A DNA stretch of 64,000 bases from Candidatus Micrarchaeota archaeon (GCA_026414185.1 JAOAJL010000001.1:82987-146986); one strand, 5' to 3'; counted from the first letter of the stretch, positions 1-9,524 are shown. Notes: generated from the letters alone by a model not told the origin. Program-made: numbers and translations.

Positions 1-467
1 GCAAACACCTCTCTGTTCGGAAGCCACGCTTTCAAGCTGGCGGCAATCTTTTTTGCCTCGGCGTTCACGCCCACAACCGCGCAGTAGTAGTCCCCCCTGT
101 TCCGCAAGCAAAGGATATCCTGGCTTTCGTTTTTGCCGAACCAGCCCTCGCTCACGCCGAAGATGGGCCGGCTTTCCATCACATAGCCGTGCGTTCCGTT
201 ACTTGAGACAAAATAAAACACCTCTCCCTGCTCATCTTTAAGGCTGTAATTCATGGCGTATGCACCAACCCCGGCTCCCTTATCATAGGCTGAAAGGAGG
301 AGCTTGGCAGCCGGGCTTTCTGCCTGCAGCGCAGCAGTCCCCTTCCCATCCTGCGCCTTTTGCGGGTTAAGATAAACAAAAGCAAGCAAAACAACAACCA
401 CTGCGGCAAGCGCAACCCAGGCGCCCAACCCAACTTTCAACCCTTCAGGTTTCTGCTTCTTTGCCAT
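1..467 (-). CDS. hypothetical membrane-anchored protein; partial, C-terminus runs off the window start
   Basis: Minus-strand ATG at 467..465 opens a frame that reaches the window edge (MAKKQKPEGLKVGLGAWVALAAVVVVLLAFVYL...). It has an N-terminal TM helix followed by a soluble domain. It is absent from the ORF track only because it has no stop inside the window. Confidence 0.4.
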   Translation of the reverse strand, partial: MAKKQKPEGLKVGLGAWVALAAVVVVLLAFVYLNPQKAQDGKGTAALQAESPAAKLLLSAYDKGAGVGAYAMNYSLKDEQGEVFYFVSSNGTHGYVMESRPIFGVSEGWFGKNESQDILCLRNRGDYYCAVVGVNAEAKKIAASLKAWLPNREVF

Positions 468-550
468 AAAAATCCCCCTAAAGCCGCAACGCCGGCGGTG
501 CGAAGGCTTTTTTTAAGCGCAACCCTTTAATTGCCTACCATTTTGTCAGG

Positions 551-1720
551 CTAATGCGACGCGAGAACCTTTATCACGTCCCCGTCTTCAAGGACGTGGT
601 CAGCCCCAACTCGTATGTGCCTCTTCACGTCAATAGCACCTATGAACTTCTGGGCAAGCTCGCTGTGCACCATAAAGGCAAGCTGCTTTGCTGTGGTGCC
701 CTGGCGCACGAGAAAGGCATCTGGCAAGACCTCTCCTTTATGGTTAGAAAACCTATGTTCGTCCTCAACAGGATAGACCACGATTGCGCGAAGCTTATGG
801 TAGACTATCCAGTCTATTATCTGCTGTACGCCGCTTCCACCGTGTTTTTTGAGAAATGCCGCCATCCTTTCAAGCGCCTCCTGCTGCGGCTGGCTTGGCG
901 CCCCAACGATCTTGAACTCCTTCCCCCCCGGCACGTAGTCAATAATGCCTTTTTCAGCGGCTTTGCGCAAGGCAAGTTCCACAGCCGCGCTGCAGGCAAA
1001 AGCCTTCTTTCCCTCCTGCTGCGCTTTCTGCGCGAACGCCGCAAAATTCTTCTCAGCCCCCTCAACATCCATCTTATTGCACGCAACCACAATGGGCATC
1101 CTGCGCCTCAGGACCGCTTTGGCAAGCAAGCATAGCCCATCCATGTTTTTTGGCAAGCCATCACTTATTTCAAGCCCGCAGTCGCCAGCCGCCGCGCGCA
1201 AAAGCTCCTCGCTTATTTTCAGTCCTGAAAGCGAAGCGGCGGCTTCCCTTAGTCCCCCTGCTCTGCCTGCCCCGCGCTCCATTATGCCGACAAGCCAAAG
1301 CGCAATTTCCTCCTCCAAAAAGCGGACTTCCTCCCACAAGTCAGCCCCCTGCGCGGGGTTTCCTTGCAAATCCGTCATGCCGCTTGCGTCAATCACCTGT
1401 ATGAGAGCGTCAGCCTGCCGCAAATCGTCAAGGAATTTGTTCCCAAGGCCTCTGCCTTCGTGCGCACCTGGCACAAGCCCGGCCACATCTACAATTCCCA
1501 CGGGCACAAGCCGCACGCCGTTTGCGCACTTGCTGTTTTTGGGGTTGCAGCCCTTCAAGCCAAGCGCGACATGTGGGCAGGGGGAGCGAACATAAGTGAC
1601 GCCTCTGTTTGCAGTGATGGTGGTGAAGGGATAGTTTGCAATCTGCGCATCCACAAGAGTGGCGGCTGAAAAGAAGGTGCTTTTCCCCTTGTTTGGCGCC
1701 CCGACAACCCCAATAAGCAT
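551..1720 (-). CDS. Obg/DRG-family GTPase with C-terminal TGS domain
   Basis: P-loop GAPNKGKST, FTT switch motif, NKMD G4 motif and a C-terminal TGS-like segment (VLEDGDVIKVL). Start chosen at MLIGVVGAPNKGKST (cat at 1718-1720). The upstream extension in the ORF track is probably not coding. Confidence 0.6.
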   Translation of the reverse strand: MLIGVVGAPNKGKSTFFSAATLVDAQIANYPFTTITANRGVTYVRSPCPHVALGLKGCNPKNSKCANGVRLVPVGIVDVAGLVPGAHEGRGLGNKFLDDLRQADALIQVIDASGMTDLQGNPAQGADLWEEVRFLEEEIALWLVGIMERGAGRAGGLREAAASLSGLKISEELLRAAAGDCGLEISDGLPKNMDGLCLLAKAVLRRRMPIVVACNKMDVEGAEKNFAAFAQKAQQEGKKAFACSAAVELALRKAAEKGIIDYVPGGKEFKIVGAPSQPQQEALERMAAFLKKHGGSGVQQIIDWIVYHKLRAIVVYPVEDEHRFSNHKGEVLPDAFLVRQGTTAKQLAFMVHSELAQKFIGAIDVKRHIRVGADHVLEDGDVIKVLASH

Positions 1721-1741
1721 GCTTCTTGTTGCGGGTTGAAG

Positions 1742-1750
1742 GTATTTAAA
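1742..1750 (+). promoter_or_regulatory. putative TATA box (gtatttaaa) about 25 nt upstream of the rfcL ATG, consistent with a leaderless transcript
   Basis: AT-rich TATA-like octamer in the short divergent intergenic region 1721-1773. Confidence 0.3.
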
Positions 1751-1773
1751 CAAGCATCGCGCCTTTTTTTGCC

Positions 1774-2994
1774 ATGCTCCTGTCTGCAAAAAAACCAACG
1801 TCTCTTTCCGCGCTCATCGGCAACGCAGAAGCCATTTCTCTGGCAAAGCAGTGGGCAGAAAGCTGGCAGAAAGGCAAGCCCCAGCCGCCCCTTCTTGTCT
1901 GCGGTCCTGCCGGCACAGGCAAAACCGCCCTTGCCTACGCCATCGCCTCTGAGTTGGGGTGGGAAGTGTTTGAGTTCAACGCCTCTGAGTTAAGAAACGA
2001 ACAGAGGGTGCGACACGTAGCCGCGGCAGCAGCCTCATCATCCTCTCTTTTTGGCTTGCGCAAGCTCGTCCTCATTGACGATGCGGACTCCCTCTCCAGC
2101 CAGGAAGACAAAGGGGGCGCATCCGCTATAGCAAGCCTTCTCAAAGAAAGCCGCCAGCCGATTCTGCTGACTGCCACTGATTATTACGACCGCAAGCTTT
2201 CTTCAATCAAAAGCCACTGCCAGCACATTGAGCTGCGCCGCGCAACTCCCCTTTCACTCACCAAGTTTCTCCGCGAAATTGCCAAAGCGGAAAAAATACC
2301 CCTAAGCGAAGAGGAAATAGGCAAAATCGCGCAGGCATCTGGGGGTGATGTGCGCGCCGCCCTCAACGACCTTCAAGGCAGAAACGCCTCCGCCCGCCGC
2401 GACGTCAGGCAGAACATCTTTGACGTTTTGCGGAGGGTGCTCAAATCGGAAAATTACTCCGAAAGCCGCATGGCAATCTTTGAGTCAGAGGTGGATTTTG
2501 ACGCCCTCAAACTCTGGGTTGCGCACAACATCCCAATTGAATACGACCGGCCATTTGACATCGCCGAGGCATACTGCGCCCTCTCCCGAGCGGACGTCTT
2601 TGATGGAAGGGCAAAAAGAAGCCAATATTTTGGCTACCTCCGCTATGCCAACGACCACCTCTCAGCAGGCGTTGCGCTGGCAAAATCCGCCCCTTACAAA
2701 AAATACACGCCGCTCGGCTTCCCAGATTACCTAAGAGAAATGAGCGCAACAAAGGCAAGCCGCGCAAGCCGCAAGTCAGTCCTTGCGAAGATAGGAAGAG
2801 CATGCCACTGCTCCCCATCACAATCGCAGACATACCTGCCCCTTCTTAGCGCCCTCGCCAAAAAGCATCCCACCGAGATTTCCTCCTACTTCGGGTTTGA
2901 CGAGGGGGAGCTTGACTTCATCACAAAATCATCAGTTGAGCAGAAGCCGCCTGCGAAAAGTGCTTCACAAAAACAGCGGAAAAATCGCGCGTGA
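1774..2994 (+). CDS. rfcL: replication factor C large subunit (AAA+ clamp loader)
   Basis: Walker A GPAGTGKT, EFNASELR motif and Walker B LVLIDDAD. Overall layout of an archaeal RfcL; 406 aa. Confidence 0.8.
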   Translation: MLLSAKKPTSLSALIGNAEAISLAKQWAESWQKGKPQPPLLVCGPAGTGKTALAYAIASELGWEVFEFNASELRNEQRVRHVAAAAASSSSLFGLRKLVLIDDADSLSSQEDKGGASAIASLLKESRQPILLTATDYYDRKLSSIKSHCQHIELRRATPLSLTKFLREIAKAEKIPLSEEEIGKIAQASGGDVRAALNDLQGRNASARRDVRQNIFDVLRRVLKSENYSESRMAIFESEVDFDALKLWVAHNIPIEYDRPFDIAEAYCALSRADVFDGRAKRSQYFGYLRYANDHLSAGVALAKSAPYKKYTPLGFPDYLREMSATKASRASRKSVLAKIGRACHCSPSQSQTYLPLLSALAKKHPTEISSYFGFDEGELDFITKSSVEQKPPAKSASQKQRKNRA

Positions 2995-3002
2995 GGGATG
3001 CT

Positions 3003-3488
3003 ATGCTGGTGCGCAAGGGAGGGCTTTTTTTTGAGGCGGATGCTCGCCTCGCAGAAAAGTTTTCGGAAGCAGGCTTTGGCGTTCATGACGCAGGCAAGCT
3101 GCTTCTTCACCCCCTTGAAGCAGGCTACTTGCTCAAAACAGGCAAGGCGTCATTCAACGGCGGCTTCAGAAAGTTCCTGCTCTCCCAAAAGAAAAGGGAC
3201 GGCTCCTTTCCCTTCTGCCTTGAAGCATATTCCCAAATCCGCGGCACAGGCAGGATAATCAGACCCTACCTTCAAAGCAAAAAGCGCTTCCGCGTCTATG
3301 CGCCAGGCATTGGAAGAGAGGAGGACAGGCCATCAATATTAGTCTGCCTTCTGCCCGGCAAGGCGCCATCTGCGAAATCCCTGGCAAGAGAAGTGAAAAT
3401 AGCGCACCGCGCGCGCCTTGACCTGGTAGTCGCATGCGGAAGCAAAAGCAAAATACGCTACTACAAAATTTCCTCATTCAATTTTTAG
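3003..3488 (+). CDS. tRNA-splicing-endonuclease (EndA) family paralog lacking the catalytic residues; putative structural subunit
   Basis: N-terminal subdomain resembles EndA (GVHDAGKLLLHPLEAGYLLKTGK versus LSLVEALYL of characterized EndA). The C-terminal half has the FRVY motif and the ending IRYYKIS, but the catalytic His and Lys positions are replaced (RPSIL, AHRARLD). Start at ATG 3003; GTG 2991 overlapping the rfcL stop is the alternative. Confidence 0.45.
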   Translation: MLVRKGGLFFEADARLAEKFSEAGFGVHDAGKLLLHPLEAGYLLKTGKASFNGGFRKFLLSQKKRDGSFPFCLEAYSQIRGTGRIIRPYLQSKKRFRVYAPGIGREEDRPSILVCLLPGKAPSAKSLAREVKIAHRARLDLVVACGSKSKIRYYKISSFNF

Positions 3489-3528
3489 CAACCGCTCCTA
3501 TTTTATTACACCCCGCAGTTCTCCTTCC

Positions 3529-4020
3529 ATGCCACACTGCCTGACCTGCGGCGCAATGGTTGATGAGTTTGATTCAGCCTACTACCCGCGCAACATGCTT
3601 TGCATACCATGCTGGACAAGAAAGTCGTCAGAGGTCCATATGGTGGGCTGCAGCCGCTGCGGAACCCGCCTTCGCGCGGAAGAAGCAAAGCACAAGGCAG
3701 GCAGGCTCCTGTGCAACTACTGCTTCACTGAGCTGGAAAGAATAGAGCGCCTTCCCATATGCCCGCTTTGCAAGAAGCCTCTCCAGCCTTATGAAAAGCA
3801 AATCCGCCTTTCAAGTGGGTTGCTTGCCCACTCCGCCTGTGCGCTTTCCAAGAAAGGCGAGGCAAAGGTCTTCTGCTCCTCCTGCGGCCAAGAAACGGAG
3901 CATTTCAGGATTTTCGGCGGTTTTCCTCTCTGCGCAAAATGCGAGCGGCAACAAAAGCCTGCAACCCAGGGCAGCCTGCTTGCCTCCTTGCTTGACCGCG
4001 TTGGGGCGATGCTTGGCTGA
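3529..4020 (+). CDS. hypothetical protein with four CxxC...CxxC zinc-ribbon modules
   Basis: 163 aa with repeated C-x2-C pairs (CLTCG, CIPCW, CSRCG, CNYCF, CPLCK, CSSCG, CAKCE). TATA-like ctattttatta lies about 25 nt upstream. Confidence 0.5.
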   Translation: MPHCLTCGAMVDEFDSAYYPRNMLCIPCWTRKSSEVHMVGCSRCGTRLRAEEAKHKAGRLLCNYCFTELERIERLPICPLCKKPLQPYEKQIRLSSGLLAHSACALSKKGEAKVFCSSCGQETEHFRIFGGFPLCAKCERQQKPATQGSLLASLLDRVGAMLG

Positions 4021-4056
4021 CAACACTGCTTTTAAATTCACTTTCCAAATAAGCTT

Positions 4057-4926
4057 ATGGTCGCTCATCATCTTCTCGTCAGCCAGAACTGCTCCTACCT
4101 TTTCCCAGCCAACATAGAGCTGAAAAATTTCCCCGATAAGGAAAGCCACGTCTTCATCCGCGACCTTGAAGCCTGCAGGGGCAAAGACGTGCAGGTGCTC
4201 CACCGCTGCTACCCGAAGCAGGACAGCTCCCTTCTCCAGCTCATGCTCATAGGCAAGACGGTTTCCCAAGTTGCCTCGCGCGTTGAGGCGATAGTCCCCT
4301 ATCTTCCATATGCCAGGCAGGACAAGGTATGGACTGTCGGCGAAGCCCTTTCAGCGGAGATAATCTGCCAGCTTCTTTCCGCCGCAGGATTTTCCTCGCT
4401 TGCCACCTTTGACTGCCACTTCCTGAAAAAAGAGGGTGAGGCGACTTATGGCGGCTTGCGCATACGCAACTTTTCACTGTCCCAGCGCCTCGTTTCGTAT
4501 TTCAAGTCAAAAATGCCTGATGCGCTTTTCATCTCCCCAGACCAGGGGGCAGCCTACCTTGTCAACGAGATAGGGGGGCTTGCCATGGTCAAAAAGCGCG
4601 GGGAATACCGGCAACACAAAAGGCAGGCGCAGCGCCCAGTCGCCTCAATAGACATAAACTTTGACGTGAAAGGAAAAGACGTAGTAATACTTGACGACAT
4701 GATTGCCGGCGGAGGCACGATGATAAAGGCAGTCCGCGCCGTTCTTGCCATGGGCGCCAGCTCGGTCTCCTGCGGCTGCACCCACGGTCTTTTCCTTGGC
4801 GACGCCTATACAAAGCTGCAGGAAGCAGGGGCGGAGGAAATAGTGGCTTCAAACACAATTGCCTCCGAAGCCTCTAAGATAGACATCCTGCCTCAGCTCA
4901 AAGAAGTCATAATCGGAAAATTCTGA
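4057..4926 (+). CDS. prs: ribose-phosphate pyrophosphokinase (PRPP synthetase)
   Basis: PYLPYARQDK motif and the PRPP-binding loop VVILDDMIAGGGTM; 289 aa, collinear with archaeal Prs. Confidence 0.85.
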   Translation: MVAHHLLVSQNCSYLFPANIELKNFPDKESHVFIRDLEACRGKDVQVLHRCYPKQDSSLLQLMLIGKTVSQVASRVEAIVPYLPYARQDKVWTVGEALSAEIICQLLSAAGFSSLATFDCHFLKKEGEATYGGLRIRNFSLSQRLVSYFKSKMPDALFISPDQGAAYLVNEIGGLAMVKKRGEYRQHKRQAQRPVASIDINFDVKGKDVVILDDMIAGGGTMIKAVRAVLAMGASSVSCGCTHGLFLGDAYTKLQEAGAEEIVASNTIASEASKIDILPQLKEVIIGKF

Positions 4927-4936
4927 ACTTGCGCTT

Positions 4937-6472
4937 ATGGGCATGCTCTCCGTCCAGCGCGTGCTTTCAGGCCAGCTTGCATACAGGAATTTCCTCCTTC
5001 GCCCGCCAGAGCCTGCGCCCCAGCTTCTTGTTTCCAACCCGGCAAGCTCCATCTATATAGGCAAGACCCTCCTTCTCCACACTCCGTTCTACTGGAACGC
5101 TGAAAAGCTCGTCAACCCGCACGTCTGCGTCGTGGGGATAACAGGTTCTGGCAAATCCTACTTGGTAAAAACGTTCATCACCCGTGCAAGGCTGGTGCTC
5201 GGCGCATCAGCCCTAATACTTGACTGGGCGGGCGAGTATGCGGACTGGGTGCGGGCGGCAGGCGGCAGGGTAATCTCTTTCGGAAGCGACGGCATAAACC
5301 TTCTGGATACCGGCGGCGCAAGCCCGCACGCAAGGTCCCTGCAGGTGATATCCGCGCTTGAAATGCTGACTGACATATCCTCCTTTCCAGCCCAGAGGAG
5401 AATCACCGAGCTGGCAATAGAGAAGGCATACGCACGGCGCGGCTTTGCGCTTCACAAGGAAGGGCAGAAAAGAAAGCCGCCCACTCTTGAGGATGTCTGC
5501 AAAATCCTCTCGCGCCACCCGAAAGGCGATTCTGACTCGGCAGAGGCGGCGCGCAGGATAAGGTCGCTTCTCCTCTCATCCGGAAAGTCCTTTTCCGCCC
5601 AGACAATAAGTATTGATTCCTTGCTTTCAGGGCTCATCTGCGTTGATTTGCACTCTCTTCCGATGGAGTCCCTGCGCTCGCTTGCAGGACTTGCAATACT
5701 GCAGTTTGTGAAGGAGAAGATGCGCGCAAGCCGCTATTCCCCCAGCAAGCCCCGCCTTTTCATAGTGGTTGATGAGGCATGGAAAATCGCATCCGATGAG
5801 CGCTCAGATGTGGTTTCAATCGTGCGCGAAGGGCGCAAATACGGCTTTTCCCTCATAGTCGCCTCCCAAAACCCGACAGACGTGCATAAAAGCATATTTT
5901 CCAACGCCGGCACGGTCTTTGCTTTCAGGCTTACCCTCGCATCAGAGCGGGAATACCTGCGCTCCTCCCTCTCCTATTCAGATTACTTTGAAGCCTGCTC
6001 CCATCGCATGGGGGTCGGGCAGGCACTTGTCCATCTGGAATTTTCCATGCCGGTCCAGTGCCCAAAAAACTTCATACTTGAGCGTGTTGACGGCGAGGAG
6101 ATTCTCCAGCCCTTCGCAATAAGAGGTGGGAACATGGAGCTTTCATTTGAGAAAGGCGAGCTGCTGCGAAGGCTTCTGTCCGCCGGCTTTGATGAAAAGC
6201 AGTCGCGCGCCATCCTTTCGGAGTTTGAGCGCAAAAGCTTTTCACTGACAAGCCGCGAATTCGCAAGCCTGCTTTTGCGCCTTGGCATGCCCCGCCCGGC
6301 GATTCTCTCCTTCCTGCGTGAGCTTGGCGCAAAAGAAAAGGAGCTTCTACCGGTTTTCTCCTCCATTTCAGACGAGGAAGAGGAGGTTGCCGTTTCACTG
6401 AAAGGCCTCAAAGAAAAAAAGCAAAAGGGGGATGGATATGCATCAAAAGACAGGGGAAATCCAAGAATATGA
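4937..6472 (+). CDS. FtsK/HerA/VirB4-superfamily P-loop ATPase (AAA_10/DUF87-like)
   Basis: Walker A GITGSGKS, Walker B IVVDEAWK (DEAW variant typical of VirB4/TrbE-like ATPases), and the SLIVASQNPTDV sensor motif. Confidence 0.6.
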   Translation: MGMLSVQRVLSGQLAYRNFLLRPPEPAPQLLVSNPASSIYIGKTLLLHTPFYWNAEKLVNPHVCVVGITGSGKSYLVKTFITRARLVLGASALILDWAGEYADWVRAAGGRVISFGSDGINLLDTGGASPHARSLQVISALEMLTDISSFPAQRRITELAIEKAYARRGFALHKEGQKRKPPTLEDVCKILSRHPKGDSDSAEAARRIRSLLLSSGKSFSAQTISIDSLLSGLICVDLHSLPMESLRSLAGLAILQFVKEKMRASRYSPSKPRLFIVVDEAWKIASDERSDVVSIVREGRKYGFSLIVASQNPTDVHKSIFSNAGTVFAFRLTLASEREYLRSSLSYSDYFEACSHRMGVGQALVHLEFSMPVQCPKNFILERVDGEEILQPFAIRGGNMELSFEKGELLRRLLSAGFDEKQSRAILSEFERKSFSLTSREFASLLLRLGMPRPAILSFLRELGAKEKELLPVFSSISDEEEEVAVSLKGLKEKKQKGDGYASKDRGNPRI

Positions 6473-7304
6473 ATTCGCAGTTTCATTCAAGCGCTTCCCG
6501 CCAGACTTCTCAAAATTCGCCGCCCTCGGATTTGACCGGGTTGCCGCCTCAAAGTCCGAGGTTCTGCTCAACAAGACATACGGCACCGACCTTTCGGGAA
6601 AAAGCAAGCTTTTCATTGAGGTTAGGCTTTCCAAAAACAAGGCGCGCCTGCGCTTTTCCTGCCCAGCCGGCGCGCACCCCCAGCTGAGGCGCATGCAAGC
6701 CGCAATACTTTTTCTACGCATCCTTTCCCTCATTGAAGGGGCATGGCTGGAAAGGGAGTTTTTCCAGAAGCTTGCTCTTCCCGCACTTGAAACAGCAGAA
6801 AAGACGGCGCAAGCCCCCTACGAGCTTCTTGCTAAGAGAGCCAAGGACTTGGAAGAGGAGGCAAGCGCGCTTTCACTGCGCAACAGGAGGCTGATTTCAG
6901 CCTCGGAAGAGGCGGAAAGCCAAATTGCGGCTTTGGAAAACCGGATAGCCATTCTTGAAGAGCGCCTTGCGCGGCTCTCCTCAATCTCAGACGAGTCGCT
7001 GAGGGAACTTCTGCTTGAATGGATCTGCTCGCACAAGGGAAGCTTCAACATCGCCGCCTTTTCCAAGACCTACAACCTTCCGCCTTCGCGCTGCGAGGAG
7101 GGACTTGAGATGCTCCTCATGGAAGGAAGCATAAGGAAGATTGAGGGCAAGCTCTTTCCCTCAAAAAGCAGCCCGCAGCGGCTTTTCTCAACGCACGCAG
7201 AAGGCGCAGGGGGTTTTTCAAAAGCGCTGTCTTGCCTTTTTGCCTTCAAAATGCCCTTCAGCCAAAAAGAGAATCAAGACAACGCCAAGGCAGGCAAGCG
7301 CTAA
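6432..7304 (+). CDS. hypothetical protein with central coiled coil and C-terminal winged-helix-like domain; partner of the upstream ATPase
   Basis: Start overlaps the ATPase stop by 41 nt. Heptad-like LISASEEAESQIAALENRIAILEERLARL segment; C-terminal LLLEWICSHKGSFNIAAFSKTYNL...GSIRKIEGKLF resembles a wH DNA-binding domain. The 3' end overlaps the convergent membrane-protein gene. Confidence 0.4.
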   Translation: MDMHQKTGEIQEYEFAVSFKRFPPDFSKFAALGFDRVAASKSEVLLNKTYGTDLSGKSKLFIEVRLSKNKARLRFSCPAGAHPQLRRMQAAILFLRILSLIEGAWLEREFFQKLALPALETAEKTAQAPYELLAKRAKDLEEEASALSLRNRRLISASEEAESQIAALENRIAILEERLARLSSISDESLRELLLEWICSHKGSFNIAAFSKTYNLPPSRCEEGLEMLLMEGSIRKIEGKLFPSKSSPQRLFSTHAEGAGGFSKALSCLFAFKMPFSQKENQDNAKAGKR

Positions 7305-9524
7305 GGCGGGGTCGGCTGCCCAGCCTTCAGTTGCGCCAGCCAGCCCAGCTTTTCCAGGCGCCCCCTCTCCCCCTTTCAGCTCAAATGCCTTGTTTGAGCC
7401 CAAGGTGCGGATTTCGGAAAAGCTACCGTCTTTTTGCAGCTGCTTATACTGCCTCCAGCGCAACTGCCTTAATGACGGCTCGTACCTGTCAAGAGCAAGG
7501 GCATTGCCGACTATCACATAGCGTGCGCCCAAAGCTTCCATCTTGTCTTTGAGCCCTCCTGTGCCTTCCTCCTCGTAGCCAAAGAGGATGGTGCTGCCAA
7601 GATATTTCCAATATATCGGCATGTGCGACAAATCCCCATGGGAGAGGAAAAGGACGGTCCGGTTCCCCACCACCCTATAGGCGTTTTCCAAGCCTATATA
7701 CTCCCTTGCCATCTCAAGCGAGCCCCCTCCCCGCGCGTAATAAGCAGAAGTGCTGATGACAACTGCAAGAAAGACCACTGCCAATACTGGCAGAAAGCCG
7801 AAGGCAACCGCCCCTCCAACAGTAGCTCTGTCAATCTTTCTTTTTTCCGCAAAGCGCACTACTGCTTCAACCCCTGCGCGCCACAAAAAGCAAGCTCCAA
7901 TCCCGCCCACAAAAAGCGCCGGAAGGTAAAAAGAGGGCATGTGCCGAATGCCGTCAATGAAGGGGAAAGCGCTATTGAGCGCAGGGTTCATAGCAACCAA
8001 AAAGACGATTAGAGCACATGCTCCCAGCCACCAAACAATCTCCTCGCGCCTGGCGAAAGCCGCATACATGCCTGCAAGAACAAGCAAAGGCAAGATAATG
8101 TTGCCTGCCTGCACAAAACTTACCGCTCCATCACCCCACCCTTCTATCCTGCCTCCGCCCAGCGGGGAATATTTCTCAAAAATGCCTGTTTGGAAAAACG
8201 GGATGGCGACCCAAAGCACAGAGGCAGCGCACGCAGCGGCAAGCCAAAGCGCGTTTTTTGACTTTATGAAAGCCGCAACCGTCAAAACCCCAAGCATTGC
8301 CGCAAGCGCAAGCGCAATCCGCTGGTTTGCCAAAAAGGCAAGGAAGAAGAGGGCGACTGCAGGTAGAAACGCCCCGCGCCTCCCCTCCACTGTCGCTTCA
8401 TAGGCAAAGAAAAAGAAGAAAAGCGAAAGATAGGTTGCAAGCGTGTGCGCAGTCATTCCATAAATGAATAGATCCTGCCCCCCGCCAGTGGGATAGCCCA
8501 GCGGGGGCATATAAAGATAGAGAAGCGAGGCAAACAGGAACGCGCCTGCCTGCTGAAAGCGGAGCTTTCTTGCATAAAGGGCAAAAATGACAACTGGGAG
8601 GAAAAAAAGAAAAATCTCGTAAACCTTGTAGGCGTATTCCTGCGACACGCCGGCAAGGCTGAGCAAAGCAGGCGGCAGGAGAGAAACAAAGCTGTAGTAG
8701 CTTTGCGGCCAGACGCCCGTGCGGAGGCTTTCCGCAAGCACGCCTATTCTGTAAATGTGGAAAGGCGCATCCACCCCGTAAAAGCTTGAAGGCATGGCTG
8801 CGTTTTCCCGAGCCCTCCAACTCCCCCCAACTGAAAACAAAACAGGGTCTTCAATCTCCGCATACCTCAGCTTCCTTTCGCCACCGATGATGCCTTGCAG
8901 GCGGAAAGCGCTTTTGGAAGCCCTCTCCTCACCCGCCTCCTCCTGCCCGCTTGCTTCCAGCAAAACCGCAAGTGTTCCTGTGCGGTTTGAAGCAACAAGA
9001 TAGCGCTTTCCCTCAAGGCAAGGCGCGCACACCTCATATTCGTTTATGAGCAGGCGCTCCACTTTCACCTTTTCCTTGCTTGTGAATGAAACGCTTTCCA
9101 CCCTCCCGCTTCCAAAAAACGAGGCGCTTGCCTCCGAGCGCTCAGAGAGCGGCACGCTAAGGAGAAACTCATTTCCCTTCGCATAAGCGCGCAGCAGGTA
9201 GGAAACGCCGTCGCAACCGTCAAAAGCAAGCGTCTGCTGGGCAGTTGCCTGGAATGAAAAAGTCCTCTCAAGCACGCCAAGCTGAATGGCATAAACAAAA
9301 CAGAGGCAGAAGACAAAATAGAAAGGAAGGTTCTCCCGGACATGCGCGAAAAAAGAAAGCCCAGCCCTTCCAAAAACGCTCTGCGGCGCCTGCCTGTTTT
9401 TTTTGCCTGCGCCCCGTGCAACCCTACCTGTTTTGCGCCTGCGCCCCGACCTCATGTAAGAAGCATAGCGCTTCCTGCCGCGCTTGCTTCCCCTTGCCGT
9501 CTTTCTTCTCCTGCCCGTCTTCAT
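7218..9524 (-). CDS. large polytopic membrane protein, putative GT-C-type (dolichyl-phosphate-sugar dependent) glycosyltransferase
   Basis: 768 aa with at least 12 predicted TM helices and a C-terminal soluble domain. Its ATG overlaps the stop of the upstream GT2 gene (ATGA coupling at 9521-9524). No WWDYG motif was seen, so it is not called AglB. The N-terminal 45 aa are Arg/Lys rich. Confidence 0.5.
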   Translation of the reverse strand: MKTGRRRKTARGSKRGRKRYASYMRSGRRRKTGRVARGAGKKNRQAPQSVFGRAGLSFFAHVRENLPFYFVFCLCFVYAIQLGVLERTFSFQATAQQTLAFDGCDGVSYLLRAYAKGNEFLLSVPLSERSEASASFFGSGRVESVSFTSKEKVKVERLLINEYEVCAPCLEGKRYLVASNRTGTLAVLLEASGQEEAGEERASKSAFRLQGIIGGERKLRYAEIEDPVLFSVGGSWRARENAAMPSSFYGVDAPFHIYRIGVLAESLRTGVWPQSYYSFVSLLPPALLSLAGVSQEYAYKVYEIFLFFLPVVIFALYARKLRFQQAGAFLFASLLYLYMPPLGYPTGGGQDLFIYGMTAHTLATYLSLFFFFFAYEATVEGRRGAFLPAVALFFLAFLANQRIALALAAMLGVLTVAAFIKSKNALWLAAACAASVLWVAIPFFQTGIFEKYSPLGGGRIEGWGDGAVSFVQAGNIILPLLVLAGMYAAFARREEIVWWLGACALIVFLVAMNPALNSAFPFIDGIRHMPSFYLPALFVGGIGACFLWRAGVEAVVRFAEKRKIDRATVGGAVAFGFLPVLAVVFLAVVISTSAYYARGGGSLEMAREYIGLENAYRVVGNRTVLFLSHGDLSHMPIYWKYLGSTILFGYEEEGTGGLKDKMEALGARYVIVGNALALDRYEPSLRQLRWRQYKQLQKDGSFSEIRTLGSNKAFELKGGEGAPGKAGLAGATEGWAADPALALACLGVVLILFLAEGHFEGKKARQRF

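Noticed and set aside
554-1669. Several 80-216-aa ORFs on the strand opposite the GTPase gene (554-1135, 945-1595, 1150-1404, 1364-1669)
   Set aside because: They are shadow ORFs typical of a high-GC coding region, with Ala/Arg/Pro/Ser-rich low-complexity translations and no start context. The GTPase frame has clear P-loop, G4 and TGS motifs.
7232-7552. Plus-strand 106-aa ORF and other short ORFs overlapping the start of the large membrane-protein gene
   Set aside because: They are shadow ORFs. The minus-strand gene is supported by translational coupling to the GT2 gene and continuous TM-helix periodicity.
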